The notes under the pieces are model-generated. The model did not search any database and was not told where the DNA came from. It saw only the letters and a program-made list of their open reading frames with translations. The position numbers and the translations under genes were made by a program. Below, one piece after another: positions 19,360 to 29,339 of a DNA stretch of 64,000 nt. Each line of letters opens with the position of its first letter. The first letter of the stretch is position 1. Origin of the DNA: Minisyncoccota bacterium (GTDB lineage: Bacteria; Patescibacteriota; Minisyncoccia; Phycocordibacterales; UBA9973); assembly GCA_041666225.1 (NCBI GenBank), contig JBAYHJ010000004.1, forward strand, positions 4,350 to 68,349, given 5' to 3'.

Positions 19360-19893
19360 TTAATTCATTATTTCAGTTTCCTTTTTATTAAAGATAGCTT
19401 CGAGATTATTATTACCCTCATCAACAACTTTTTGAATATCATCTTTACCTCTTTTTTTATCATCCTCTGATAAATCATTAAGTTTGTCTATTTCAACTTG
19501 GCGTTCTTTTCTGACACTGATACGAGCATCCTCAAGTTTTTCTTTTAAAACTTTTACAAGCTTTGTACGGTTCTCAGTTGTTAGCATTGGAAAAATAACT
19601 CGAACTCCGTCACTATCTGAAACAACTGAAAGTCCTAAATTTGAAGCTGAAATTGCACTTTCAATATCTTTAATCTGGTTTTTATCCCAAGGAGCCACAC
19701 GAAGTGTCTTTGGATCTTCAATAGTAATTCCAGCCACATTTTTGATCGGCATATAACTTCCATAGCTTTGAACCATTATACTATCCAAAACAATTGGTGT
19801 CGCTCGTCCAGTGTGAACTTGTGAATATTCCTTACTCAACCACTCTTCTATCTTTTTTAATTCTATTTTAAAATTTTGTGTATTGTATGCCAT
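19360..19893 (-). CDS. frr: ribosome recycling factor
   Basis: 177 aa with ..IPMLTTENRTKLVKVLKEKLEDARISVRKERQ.. (RRF consensus). Confidence 0.85.
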   Translation of the reverse strand: MAYNTQNFKIELKKIEEWLSKEYSQVHTGRATPIVLDSIMVQSYGSYMPIKNVAGITIEDPKTLRVAPWDKNQIKDIESAISASNLGLSVVSDSDGVRVIFPMLTTENRTKLVKVLKEKLEDARISVRKERQVEIDKLNDLSEDDKKRGKDDIQKVVDEGNNNLEAIFNKKETEIMN

Positions 19894-19983
19894 ATACCTA
19901 TTATTCTACTATATATTCATATTAAAAAAAAGAGCTCATCGTTTAGACAAGCTCATTTCATTTACAATAATTCATTATTTAAA

Positions 19984-20337
19984 TTAAATCCAACCCATAT
20001 TTGCAAAGGTTGAAACAGTTTTTTTAAATTGCTCCTCTTTTCTTTTAAGGTATTTGTAATATTCTCCCTTGTACAAAAAAAGAGTATACAACCAAGTAGA
20101 ACCATTCTCCAGCTCAGAGTAAACTCCGAGGCTTTCTAGTAAGAGAATATCTTCCTGATAGAAATCAATCCTTATCGCTTTAATAATTTTTAAGCCCTTA
20201 ACGTGAGCTCTTTTAATTAACTCCCTTAGATCAATTTCAATGTAATCTTCAGGTTCTGAGTGAAGTATTTTTTCAAAATCCTTATTTTCCCCAGATAAGA
20301 TAATTTCATATGATATTTTCTCTCTCTTTCTTTTCAT
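19984..20337 (-). CDS. hypothetical protein
   Basis: 117-aa ORF with no recognisable motif. Confidence 0.4.
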   Translation of the reverse strand: MKRKREKISYEIILSGENKDFEKILHSEPEDYIEIDLRELIKRAHVKGLKIIKAIRIDFYQEDILLLESLGVYSELENGSTWLYTLFLYKGEYYKYLKRKEEQFKKTVSTFANMGWI

Positions 20338-20496
20338 ATCATTTTGTTTTAAGTGAGTATTTTCTTCAGATTACTTCTTAATAACCCTAAAGTCAATATA
20401 AGGATGTAGCAAGGACCGTCCTTGCTACACAGTCCTTGCTACACATCGCTACACATATATTTTAAGCAAATAGCAATGTCTTATTTTATATGATAT

Positions 20497-20690
20497 ATTA
20501 TCAATAAGCGAGAGGTCATTGAGCAAAACCTCCAAGAGCTTATGCTCCTTTGGAATACAAACTGTCGGTGTACCGAAACCTTGCTTCTGGATAGGTAACG
20601 AGACCAGAAGAATGTTTGTGTGAAAAAGTCAATAACCGTCAAAGATAATCGGACGGTAGTGAGAGGGTCACGTGTTGGCCCTCTTTTTTA
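20497..20690 (+). ncRNA. candidate structured small RNA of unknown family, ending in an intrinsic terminator
   Basis: A 380-nt non-coding gap with several stem-loops (for example cttctgg..ccagaag and tagcaagga-ccg-tccttgcta). It ends in a plus-strand hairpin (agagggtc-acgtgtt-ggccctct at 20663-20684) plus TTTTTT. No plus-strand CDS lies upstream. Confidence 0.25.
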
Positions 20691-20719
20691 ATTTCATCTA
20701 CACCACCACTTAAATAACC

Positions 20720-21118
20720 TTAATTAGCAACAATAAGGATAGCTGAAGATATTATAGGTGCAATAATATGGAACCATGGATGCCATTTTTCGTAATCATT
20801 CTTTTTGTATCCATACCAGAAAAATACCAAAATTAAAGAAAGTAATATATAAAAAATAATTTGGTTATACCCTTCTATGTTTTGATAAGTATAGTAATAC
20901 ATATAAATAAAAGCACCTATTGCAAACATCCAATCAAGTTTTTTAAATAGATTAAAAGAAAAAGAAGTGGTTTTATTAATTTTATACCAATGATAGAGTG
21001 GAGAAAAAACTAAAAGTCCACTTGCTAAAAAGCAATATAGCCACTGATGATAAACACCTGCAAATATAACAGGTAGTACAAGAAATATATTCGAAATCAT
21101 CATCAATTTATTTTTCAT
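20720..21118 (-). CDS. hypothetical polytopic membrane protein
   Basis: 132 aa with four hydrophobic helices and aromatic-rich loops. Confidence 0.45.
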   Translation of the reverse strand: MKNKLMMISNIFLVLPVIFAGVYHQWLYCFLASGLLVFSPLYHWYKINKTTSFSFNLFKKLDWMFAIGAFIYMYYYTYQNIEGYNQIIFYILLSLILVFFWYGYKKNDYEKWHPWFHIIAPIISSAILIVAN

Positions 21119-21193
21119 ATTATTTATTATCTTTTTTCCTCCAAAAGATTATTCAAATTAGGTTAAAATATGCTTATTATCAACAAAAAATCC

Positions 21194-21889
21194 CTATATC
21201 ACAAGTGCTAAATGTTCTAAAATCATTTTGACTGAAGCGCCGGGGGTGCTTAGATAAATACGGCTTTTTTGAATTTCTTCTAAAATAAATTTGATTTCAT
21301 TATTATTTTTATTTTTCTTAAATTTTTCGTAAGTTATACTTTCTGTTTCATTTACAAATTGCGTTGCATAATATCTCAACTGTCCACTATTCTCTTCGTT
21401 TTTATTATCTTTAATTAGTTTGGCGATAGTATCTATTCTTTCTTTTGGAGAAGATTTGAGAAAAGAATTAACTTCTTTTTTCAATTCAACATTATCTTCT
21501 TGGTTTGTTTTGATAATGTGAACCCTTGAAGTAATTGTTGGAAGAAGAACTGATGAGTCAGGAATAATAATGAAGAAATGGGTATTTATGGCTGGCTCTT
21601 CAATTATTTTCAAAAGCGTTTGCTCAGCTTCACGATTTATGAATTTGGTAGCCAAAATACAAATCTTTTTACCTTCAGTTACACCTTTTTTACTGTGCCA
21701 ATTTTTTATTTGACTACTATCGTCCATAGTAAATGATTCGTAAACTTGGCATAACACATCGGGACTATTTTTTAAAATTTCTCCACGAATTTCCAAAAAA
21801 CTCAAAAGATCCGGAGCTATAATAACTGGATCTCCTTCTATAACATAACTATGGTATAAATTGGTAGGAAACAATTTATCTAGGTTCAT
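21194..21889 (-). CDS. holB: DNA polymerase III delta-prime subunit-like AAA+ protein
   Basis: 231 aa with ..LLKIIEEPAINTHFFII.. (sensor/box motif) and ..TITSRVHII.. (SRC-like motif). Confidence 0.6.
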   Translation of the reverse strand: MNLDKLFPTNLYHSYVIEGDPVIIAPDLLSFLEIRGEILKNSPDVLCQVYESFTMDDSSQIKNWHSKKGVTEGKKICILATKFINREAEQTLLKIIEEPAINTHFFIIIPDSSVLLPTITSRVHIIKTNQEDNVELKKEVNSFLKSSPKERIDTIAKLIKDNKNEENSGQLRYYATQFVNETESITYEKFKKNKNNNEIKFILEEIQKSRIYLSTPGASVKMILEHLALVI

Positions 21890-21924
21890 TTTTAATTCTT
21901 AATTCGTAATTATTAATTACCTTA

Positions 21925-23001
21925 TCATTGTACCTCAATTGGGAAAATATCCGAAAGTTCTCCTGAGTAATAAAACTCATAAGCAATATCGCCAAAAGTA
22001 TAATCAACACTATTTATATTGATTATTGAACCTCCAACTTCAGGGTTTTCTTTTGGTACAGAGTAATAAAAACCAAGATTGTAAAGCGTTGCCAATATTT
22101 CTGGACGACTACTTATGTCGTATCCAGCTTTTTGCCATTGAGCTATTATCTCCTTCATATATAATCCAACATACAAATATGAATAATATGGGTCTTTGGC
22201 ATTGGTAATTCTATTCATTCTTTCTATTTCAATATCAGTATTCGCATTATAATCAACAATATGTTCCAAATTTGGACCTAAATAAAAAACTGAATTTTTA
22301 TTTTTTAAATTATCTTCTATAATTCCAACCGTCTTAGGTTTAAGTCCGGCAATACCAAAAGAAGTATTGGAAAGCGATGCTAAAATTTTTAATGGTTCAA
22401 AATAAGTTTTAAATGATTCCCTTCTATTATTAAAAAATCTAAATTGTTCACCAATAATTCCCCCTAATATAAGTCGTGGTGAAATTTGGGCATCTTTTGC
22501 TGCTCTTTTTATGATATCTTGATCGCGAGTAAATACTTCTTTCATTAAATTCCATTGATCCGTATCGGCCCAATTATAAGCAGATATTGGAATATTTAAT
22601 TCCTGAGAATATAGGGTAAAATTTTTACAATTATCTATTTCTTGTTTATAGGAATAATCATTTGTAAAACGCCTAGAAGCTGTTTCAAGCATTTTATTTA
22701 AAAGCTCATCACTCGCACCTTTAGTTAGTGTCTTATAAATATTGATTGAGGTTAATGGAGCAAATTTACTCAGTACATTTATCTTACAAACAATTTCTAA
22801 ATTATTACTATTATTTCCTTTGCTTAGACTTTTTTTATCGAGATTAAAATATGAATTGCGTTCGGAAACTGAACCTTTAACATTAAACCAATTAAATTGC
22901 ATTCCGAGATAGACAATAAAAAAAACAAAACCTGCCATCGCAAATCCCAATAATAATATACGAAAAGTATTTCGTTTAATTTTTTGATAATTTATTTTCA
23001 T
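21925..23001 (-). CDS. hypothetical membrane-anchored protein
   Basis: 358 aa with an N-terminal TM segment (ILLLGFAMAGFVFFIVYLG) and an extracytoplasmic domain of unknown function. The start overlaps the mreB stop. Confidence 0.45.
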   Translation of the reverse strand: MKINYQKIKRNTFRILLLGFAMAGFVFFIVYLGMQFNWFNVKGSVSERNSYFNLDKKSLSKGNNSNNLEIVCKINVLSKFAPLTSINIYKTLTKGASDELLNKMLETASRRFTNDYSYKQEIDNCKNFTLYSQELNIPISAYNWADTDQWNLMKEVFTRDQDIIKRAAKDAQISPRLILGGIIGEQFRFFNNRRESFKTYFEPLKILASLSNTSFGIAGLKPKTVGIIEDNLKNKNSVFYLGPNLEHIVDYNANTDIEIERMNRITNAKDPYYSYLYVGLYMKEIIAQWQKAGYDISSRPEILATLYNLGFYYSVPKENPEVGGSIININSVDYTFGDIAYEFYYSGELSDIFPIEVQ

Positions 23002-24014
23002 TATTTTTTACTTAAAATACTTTTCTTGTAAGTATCGAGGTGGTTTAGCGCTTCACCCGTGCCTTTTGCAACACAAAGAAGTGGTTCATCTGCAACTCGT
23101 GCTTTTACTCCAGTTCGACGATAAATCAAATCCGCTAGATTTCGTATTTGAGAAGACCCTCCTGTCATAATAATTCCATCATCAATAATATCCGCCGCAA
23201 GTTCTGGTGGAGTAAGAGCAAGTACATCTTTAATCGCTCCAATCATAATGCGTAATTCCTTGTCTATCGCTCTAACTATTTCATTTGTTGAAATCTGAGC
23301 AGTTCGGGGAAGTCCTTGTATAAAGTCACGTCCCTTGATTGTAATCGTTAATTCTTCTTCAAGTGGAACAGCTGCACCGATTTTCATTTTAATAGCTTCA
23401 GCTGTTCGGTCTCCGATCGCTAGATTAAAAGTTTTTTTGATATAATCAGTAATAGCTTGGTCTATCTTGTCCCCGGCACATTTCACCGACGTTGAAGCCA
23501 CTATTCCTCCAAGAGCAATAACTGCTACATCTGTTGTTCCTCCTCCGATGTCCATTATCATGTAACCCTTTGATTCTTGTATTGGAATACCAGCCCCGAT
23601 TGCCGCTAAAATTGGTTCTTTCACCACATAGGCGTTCTTTGCTCCTGCCCTTATCGCTGCTTCAACCACAGCACGACGCTCTGTCGAAGTTATACCAGCT
23701 GGAACGGAGACCATAACATCTGGTTTAAATAAATTATATTTACCTAGAGTTTTAGTAATAAAATATCGAAGCATTGCTTCCGTAACTCTATAATCTGCTA
23801 TCACTCCATCTTTCATGGGACGATAAACAATAATACTCTCTGGGGTCTTACCAATCATGCTTTTTGCTTCAAGACCAATAGCAAGAATTGTATTGTCTTG
23901 CTCAGAAACCGCTACCACAGAAGGTTCATTTAGAACAATACCCTTACCAGGAAGATACACAAGTGTATTTGCGGTTCCCAAATCAATACCTAATTTTTTA
24001 GAAAATATACCCAT
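23001..24014 (-). CDS. mreB: rod shape-determining protein MreB
   Basis: 337 aa with MGIFSKKLGIDLGTANTLVY.. and DIGGGTTDVAVI actin-fold motifs. Confidence 0.9.
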   Translation of the reverse strand: MGIFSKKLGIDLGTANTLVYLPGKGIVLNEPSVVAVSEQDNTILAIGLEAKSMIGKTPESIIVYRPMKDGVIADYRVTEAMLRYFITKTLGKYNLFKPDVMVSVPAGITSTERRAVVEAAIRAGAKNAYVVKEPILAAIGAGIPIQESKGYMIMDIGGGTTDVAVIALGGIVASTSVKCAGDKIDQAITDYIKKTFNLAIGDRTAEAIKMKIGAAVPLEEELTITIKGRDFIQGLPRTAQISTNEIVRAIDKELRIMIGAIKDVLALTPPELAADIIDDGIIMTGGSSQIRNLADLIYRRTGVKARVADEPLLCVAKGTGEALNHLDTYKKSILSKK

Positions 24015-24074
24015 AATTTATATATAAACAAGGTGATTATAACATAAAAAATAAATTATGTTTATTTAAACTCT

Positions 24075-26045
24075 ATGTGCTACGATATAGATATGTATAT
24101 AGCTACGGTTATACCACTTCAAAAAAATCCTCATCAAAAAGAATATCTTTCTTATTTTTCTGCGAATGATATTCCGATTGGAAGTATCGTTGTTATTCCA
24201 ATAAGAACAAAAACTATAGATGCGATAGTTATCAATATGGAAGAAGCAAGAGATATAAAATCTGATATAAAAAATGCAGACTACCAATTAAAAAAAATAA
24301 TTAAAGTTAAAGGTGATTCACCTTACAATAAAAGTTTTTTTCTGGCCTGTCAAAAAATTAAAACTTATACAGTGAGCAACACTGGTTCAATAATAAAATC
24401 TCTCTTCCCTTCTGCTTTTATTGAAAATATTATTAATCTTAAAAAAGTAAAAATTCCAGAAGGAGGAAATATTGAAAACATAAAACATGAAAAATTAATA
24501 TTTCAAGCAATCCCAGCCGACCGATTAGCTTTTTATCGAACACTTATCCGAGAAGCTTTTGCAAAAAAAGAATCTATTTTTATATGTGTTCCTACCCGTT
24601 ATGATATAGATCATTTCAATAAAGAGCTCGCCAAGGGAATAGAAAAATACGTTTTTACTTTTCATTCAGATATGACCAAAAAAAATTTAGTGAATACTTA
24701 TAATTCGGTCATTACTGAAATTCACCCTATTCTCATAATAGGTACTGGAATTTTTATGTCTATTCCTCGTCATGACATAAAAACCGTAATTTTGGAACAT
24801 GAAAGCTCCGATACTTATAAACAAATAGGAAGACCTTATATTGATATTAGAAGTTTTGCAGAAGTTTTATCATCAATTCAAAAAACAAAATTAATCTTCG
24901 GAGACACATTATTACGACCAGAAACTCTCTACCGGCATGAACAAGGAGAATTTGGTGAGATATCTTCACCTTTATATAGACTTCCACAAACTGAAAATCA
25001 AATAGTGGTTGATATGAAAGAAGAAGTGAGTGAATTGGGTAAAAAAATTTTCACAACAATATCTTCCACTACGAGAAAGATGATTGACGAAGCCTTATCC
25101 ATCAATAAATCTATTTTACTTTTTTCTATACGCAAAGGATTAGCTCCAATAACAGTTTGTAATGATTGTGGAAATACTCTTCTTTGTCCTTCTTGCTCGA
25201 CCCCTATTGTCTTATATGGAACAAAACAATTATCTGCAAATAAAACCACCACTCCAAGAATATTTATGTGTAATAAATGCGGGCATAAAGAAAAAACAGA
25301 AATTAGTTGTCCGAAATGTTCAAGTTGGAATCTAACTCCACTTGGTATTGGAACTGACAAAGTTTACGAAGAAATAAAAAATCTATACCCAAAAACAAAA
25401 ATTATTCAAATTGATAAAGAAGCAACTCCCACAACCAAAGAAGCTCGTGAAGCAATATTGGAATTTAATAATAATCCCGGAAGTATATTGATTGGAACTG
25501 AGATGGTCTTTACTTATCTTCAAGAAGAAGTTTATTGTAGTGCAATTGTTTCACTTGATGGTCTATTTTCTATTCCTAGTTTTAATATCACTCAAAAGAT
25601 ATTACATATTATAGAAAAGTTACATAACATCACTATTAAAAATCTAGTGATCCAAACAAGGATGCCTGAAAATAAAATTTTGCAATATATATTAAGCGGA
25701 AACGTGTTACCTCTTTGTCGAGAAGATCTTGTTGAACGTAAAGATTTCGGATATCCACCATTTAAACGACTTATAAAAATAACTTTTGAGGGGTCGGCTA
25801 GTGATACTGAAAAGGCTCGTAATTATATTGAAAATATTTTAGGTAATTATGAACCACAAATATTTAGTGCGTTTATTAGTAAAATTAAAGGTCAATATAT
25901 AACAAACACTGTTATAAAAGTTGATCCTAGTATTTGGCCATTACCGACCAATGATAAATTGTTGGTGGATCGAGACCTTTACCACGACTTATCTAAATTG
26001 ACTCCAGCTTTTGGAGTCAATGTCGACCCAGAAGATTTGCTTTAA
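24075..26045 (+). CDS. priA: primosomal protein N' (PriA) homolog with an apparently degenerate ATPase core
   Basis: The N-terminal 3'BD-like region is IATVIPLQ..IVVIPIRTKTIDAIV. A Cys-rich Zn-binding region is CNDCGNTLLCPSCSTP..CNKCGH..CPKCSS. Helicase-C-like segments are present. No GxGKT Walker A is seen, and the DEEH position reads LEHE. Confidence 0.6.
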   Translation: MCYDIDMYIATVIPLQKNPHQKEYLSYFSANDIPIGSIVVIPIRTKTIDAIVINMEEARDIKSDIKNADYQLKKIIKVKGDSPYNKSFFLACQKIKTYTVSNTGSIIKSLFPSAFIENIINLKKVKIPEGGNIENIKHEKLIFQAIPADRLAFYRTLIREAFAKKESIFICVPTRYDIDHFNKELAKGIEKYVFTFHSDMTKKNLVNTYNSVITEIHPILIIGTGIFMSIPRHDIKTVILEHESSDTYKQIGRPYIDIRSFAEVLSSIQKTKLIFGDTLLRPETLYRHEQGEFGEISSPLYRLPQTENQIVVDMKEEVSELGKKIFTTISSTTRKMIDEALSINKSILLFSIRKGLAPITVCNDCGNTLLCPSCSTPIVLYGTKQLSANKTTTPRIFMCNKCGHKEKTEISCPKCSSWNLTPLGIGTDKVYEEIKNLYPKTKIIQIDKEATPTTKEAREAILEFNNNPGSILIGTEMVFTYLQEEVYCSAIVSLDGLFSIPSFNITQKILHIIEKLHNITIKNLVIQTRMPENKILQYILSGNVLPLCREDLVERKDFGYPPFKRLIKITFEGSASDTEKARNYIENILGNYEPQIFSAFISKIKGQYITNTVIKVDPSIWPLPTNDKLLVDRDLYHDLSKLTPAFGVNVDPEDLL

Positions 26046-26066
26046 ATAAAAAGGTGTGATAATATA

Positions 26067-26324
26067 TTGGTCATGATTACCGTTATAGAAGTAAAGAAAA
26101 ACGCAAACGAAAGCAATATGAATCTTGTTCGCAGATTCACTCGAAAGGTCCAAGAATCTGGAATTATTCAAAAAGTAAAAAGTAAGCGTTATAATAAGAG
26201 AACTGAATCTAAGATTAAAGTTAAAGCAGCTACATTAAAACGTCTAGCTCGTAAAAAAAACCAAGAAAAACTTTTTAAATTAGGCAAAATAACTAAATTT
26301 ACTAAAAAGAGAGGTCACAAATAA
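26067..26324 (+). CDS. rpsU: 30S ribosomal protein S21
   Basis: A small basic protein with ..LVRRFTRKV.. and ..RYNKRTESK.., aligning with the S21 pattern (LRRFKR...FYEKP..RK). The start may be MITVIEV at 26073. Confidence 0.55.
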   Translation: MVMITVIEVKKNANESNMNLVRRFTRKVQESGIIQKVKSKRYNKRTESKIKVKAATLKRLARKKNQEKLFKLGKITKFTKKRGHK

Positions 26325-26330
26325 AACTTT

Positions 26331-26717
26331 ATGATGGATGTAGGTTTCTGTACTATTACAAATAAAACAAAAGGCAAGCTTCCACGCTTGCCTTTTGTTT
26401 CTATAAAAAATAAAATTTTAGGAGAAAAATATGAATTTGGTTTAAGTTTATTAACCTCTCAAAAACAAAAACAAATAAATTTTCAATATAGAAATAAAAA
26501 TGAAACTACAAATATTCTTTCTTTTCCACTATCTGAAAACTCTGGGGAAATAACCATTGACCCAGCCAAGGTTAAAAAAGATGCACCTCTATTTAATATG
26601 AATTATACTCAATTTTTCAAATTCCTATTTATCCACGGTTGTCTACATTTGAAAGGTTTCGAACATAGTAGTACAATGGAAAGACAGGAGAAAAAATATC
26701 TCAAAATGTTTTCGTGA
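26331..26717 (+). CDS. ybeY: rRNA maturation endoribonuclease YbeY
   Basis: ..NILSFPLSENSGEITID.. and ..FIHGCLHLKGFEH.. match the YbeY HxxxH...H zinc motif. Confidence 0.7.
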   Translation: MMDVGFCTITNKTKGKLPRLPFVSIKNKILGEKYEFGLSLLTSQKQKQINFQYRNKNETTNILSFPLSENSGEITIDPAKVKKDAPLFNMNYTQFFKFLFIHGCLHLKGFEHSSTMERQEKKYLKMFS

Positions 26718-26740
26718 TTTTTGTCCTTCTTTTTTAACTT

Positions 26741-27916
26741 ATGAATAAAAATAATTATACTTGCGGCATAGATATAGGTACTCACTCTACAAAAGTTGTA
26801 GTGATGGGTTTTGATAAAAATAAAAATGAACCAATAATTCTTGCAACCGGATTATCACCTACTATTGGTATGCGTTTTGGTTATGTCACAAATATAGACA
26901 GCGTAACAGCTAGTATTAAAAAAGCAGTTAAACAAGCTGAGAATACCTTAGGGATAACTATTCGCAGGGCTTATGTTTCAATTGGAGGTATTAGTCTTTC
27001 TTCTATAGTCTCAACTGGTTCAGTTATAATTTCTAAGGCTGATCAGGAAATTACAAATCTAGATGTGACAAAAGTTATCGCCAATAGTGAAGAAAACCTT
27101 GATATTTTAAATAAAAAAATAATTCACACTATTCCTATTGGGTATAAATTGGATGGTAAAGATATTTACGCAAGACCCGAAGGTTTACACGGTATTAAAC
27201 TCGAAGTTAAAACTCTTTTCATAACTTGTTTGAAACAAAATATTGAAGACATAATCACTTGTCTTACTCTCGCAAAAATAGATATTGAAGAAATATCAGC
27301 TTCATCTCTAGTCACTGGAAATATTCTTTTGGGTAATAAACAAAAAATAGCTGGATGTGTACTTGTAGATATTGGAGCTGAAACTGTCTCTTGTATAGTA
27401 TTTGAAAATAACCTTCCTATATCAGTTACGGTCTTTCCTATTGGGAGTATGGATATCACAAAAGATATAGCACTAGGACTTAAGATTTCTCTTGAAGAAG
27501 CAGACAGCATAAAATTGGGAAGTGTAATAGGTGGAGATTATTCAAAGAAAAAAGTTGATGAAATCATTGAAGCTCGCCTTGGAGATATTTTTGAACTTGT
27601 CGGTAACCAACTCAAACGATTGAAACGCAACGAACTTCTTCCTGCTGGAATTATTATAACTGGTGGTGGTTCTCTTATAAACAATATTGATCAAATTGCA
27701 CGCACTCAATTAAAACTTCCAACAAAAATAGGACCAATAGATTCAACTCTTAATAATAAATTTAAAGTTCGTGATGCTACTTGGTATACAGCTCTCGGAC
27801 TTGCACTGTCTACAAGTGATGAATTTTCAAATAATCAATCAAATAATTCCTTGAGTGGAAATATGAAAGAAATAAAAAGTTTCTTCAAATCTATCTTGTC
27901 TCAACTTCTTCCTTAG
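26741..27916 (+). CDS. ftsA: cell division protein FtsA
   Basis: 391 aa starting CGIDIGTHSTKVVVMG.., an actin-like fold, located immediately upstream of ftsZ. Confidence 0.85.
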   Translation: MNKNNYTCGIDIGTHSTKVVVMGFDKNKNEPIILATGLSPTIGMRFGYVTNIDSVTASIKKAVKQAENTLGITIRRAYVSIGGISLSSIVSTGSVIISKADQEITNLDVTKVIANSEENLDILNKKIIHTIPIGYKLDGKDIYARPEGLHGIKLEVKTLFITCLKQNIEDIITCLTLAKIDIEEISASSLVTGNILLGNKQKIAGCVLVDIGAETVSCIVFENNLPISVTVFPIGSMDITKDIALGLKISLEEADSIKLGSVIGGDYSKKKVDEIIEARLGDIFELVGNQLKRLKRNELLPAGIIITGGGSLINNIDQIARTQLKLPTKIGPIDSTLNNKFKVRDATWYTALGLALSTSDEFSNNQSNNSLSGNMKEIKSFFKSILSQLLP

Positions 27917-27980
27917 CTACAATAAGAAAACATAAAATAATATCTGTCAAACTGTTCCCTTTTTCTTAATTTCTGGTATT

Positions 27981-29213
27981 ATGTACTTACATAAACTTAT
28001 TATTAATGAAAGACTTAAGTCTCACAAATATATGCCTAAATTAAATCCAGACATTGAATCATTCGCACGAATTAAAGTTATTGGTATTGGTGGTTCAGGA
28101 AAAAACGCCTTAAACCATATGATTAATTCAAAAGTCCGAGGAGTTGAGTTCATTGTAATGAACACAGATACCCAGGACTTACACAATTCATTAGCAGAAA
28201 AGAAGGTGCACTTGGGTAAAAATCTCACAAAAGGTTTGGGTGCTGGGATGAATCCAGAAGTTGGACGCCGTGCTGCAGAAGAAACAAAAGCTGAAATACA
28301 AGATGTCATCAAGGGTGCTGATATGATATTTATCGCTTGTGGTATGGGTGGTGGTACAGGAACAGGAGCTGCTCCTATAGTTGCTCAAGCTGCAAAAGAA
28401 CAAGGAATACTCACTGTCGCAGTTGTAACAAAACCTTTTTCTTTTGAAGGAAATCAGAGAATGAAACTTGCTGATCTAGGTTTAGCTGAACTTGAAAAAG
28501 AAGTTGATGCTATTTTAATAATACCCAACGACAGACTTATTGTTATCTCTGGAAAAGATGTTGGTTTTAGACAAGCTTTCGGAATGTGTGACGAAGTTCT
28601 TAAACAAGCCGTTGAAGGTATCTCTGAATTAATTACAACTCCAGGAATGATCAACGTGGACTTCGCTGACATCAAGGCTGTCATGTATGATGCCGGAAGT
28701 GCACTCATGGGAGTAGGAATTGCTGCTGGTGAAGGACGTGCAGAAAAAGCCGCACTTGCTGCTATTAATTCCCCTCTTCTTGATCTTTCTATTTCAGGAG
28801 CACGAGGAGTCCTCTTTGCAATATCTGGTGGAGACGACTTAACTATCCATGAAATCCAAGATGCTGCTAAAATAATAACTGAGTCAATCGATAAAGATGC
28901 AAAAGTTATTTTTGGAACAATCCGAGATGAAAAACTTAAAAAGGGTGAAATGAAAGTTACAGTTATCGCAACTGGCTTTCCTACTGATATGCCCAAACGA
29001 TCACTCTTTCAAATGGGTCAGACAAGAGCCGTAGAACAAACTGTATCAAATTCAACCAAAGAAGAAGTGGCACAAGCAGTCAAAAAAGACCTTTCTAAAA
29101 ATGAATCAACCGACTATATAAAGAAAACAGAAAAAATAGAAGATGATTTATTTATAGATGATACAGATGATTGGAGTACTGTTCCAGCATTCCTAAGGAG
29201 AAATAAGAAGTAG
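27981..29213 (+). CDS. ftsZ: cell division GTPase FtsZ
   Basis: ..IKVIGIGGSGKNALNHM.. and the GGGTGTGAAPIVAQ tubulin signature. The true start may be the internal Met at 28032. Confidence 0.9.
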   Translation: MYLHKLIINERLKSHKYMPKLNPDIESFARIKVIGIGGSGKNALNHMINSKVRGVEFIVMNTDTQDLHNSLAEKKVHLGKNLTKGLGAGMNPEVGRRAAEETKAEIQDVIKGADMIFIACGMGGGTGTGAAPIVAQAAKEQGILTVAVVTKPFSFEGNQRMKLADLGLAELEKEVDAILIIPNDRLIVISGKDVGFRQAFGMCDEVLKQAVEGISELITTPGMINVDFADIKAVMYDAGSALMGVGIAAGEGRAEKAALAAINSPLLDLSISGARGVLFAISGGDDLTIHEIQDAAKIITESIDKDAKVIFGTIRDEKLKKGEMKVTVIATGFPTDMPKRSLFQMGQTRAVEQTVSNSTKEEVAQAVKKDLSKNESTDYIKKTEKIEDDLFIDDTDDWSTVPAFLRRNKK

Positions 29214-29273
29214 GAATTAGGTTCTAGTGACTAGTTGTCAGCTTCTAGTAGAAACAACAATATGCTATACTAA

Positions 29274-29306
29274 GAAAATCATAAACATTGTTTATGATTT
29301 TCTTTT
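29274..29306 (+). terminator. intrinsic terminator after ftsZ (gaaaatcataaaca-ttg-tttatgattttc followed by TTTTAT)
   Basis: Perfect 13-bp stem plus a T-tract. Confidence 0.55.
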
Positions 29307-29339
29307 ATCAATTTTCACATACTAAAAACTAATTAATAT

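Noticed and set aside
20340-20700. Intergenic structured region considered as RNase P RNA, SRP RNA, tmRNA or 6S RNA
   Set aside because: None of the conserved primary-sequence hallmarks could be found. These are the GGAAAGUCCGG P4 region, the GGAAGCAGC domain IV of SRP, and the tRNA-like GGUUCGA..CCACCA end of tmRNA. It is kept only as an unclassified candidate.
24066-24287. 73-aa minus-strand ORF in the mreB/priA divergent region
   Set aside because: It overlaps the priA 5' end, is low-complexity and AT-rich, and has no start context. It is likely spurious.
26067-26324. Alternative identities (S20 or a ribosomal L-protein) for the small basic protein after priA
   Set aside because: The pattern L.RRF.R...G......R..Y.K.T..K.K fits bS21 better than S20 or other L-proteins, though confidence remains moderate.
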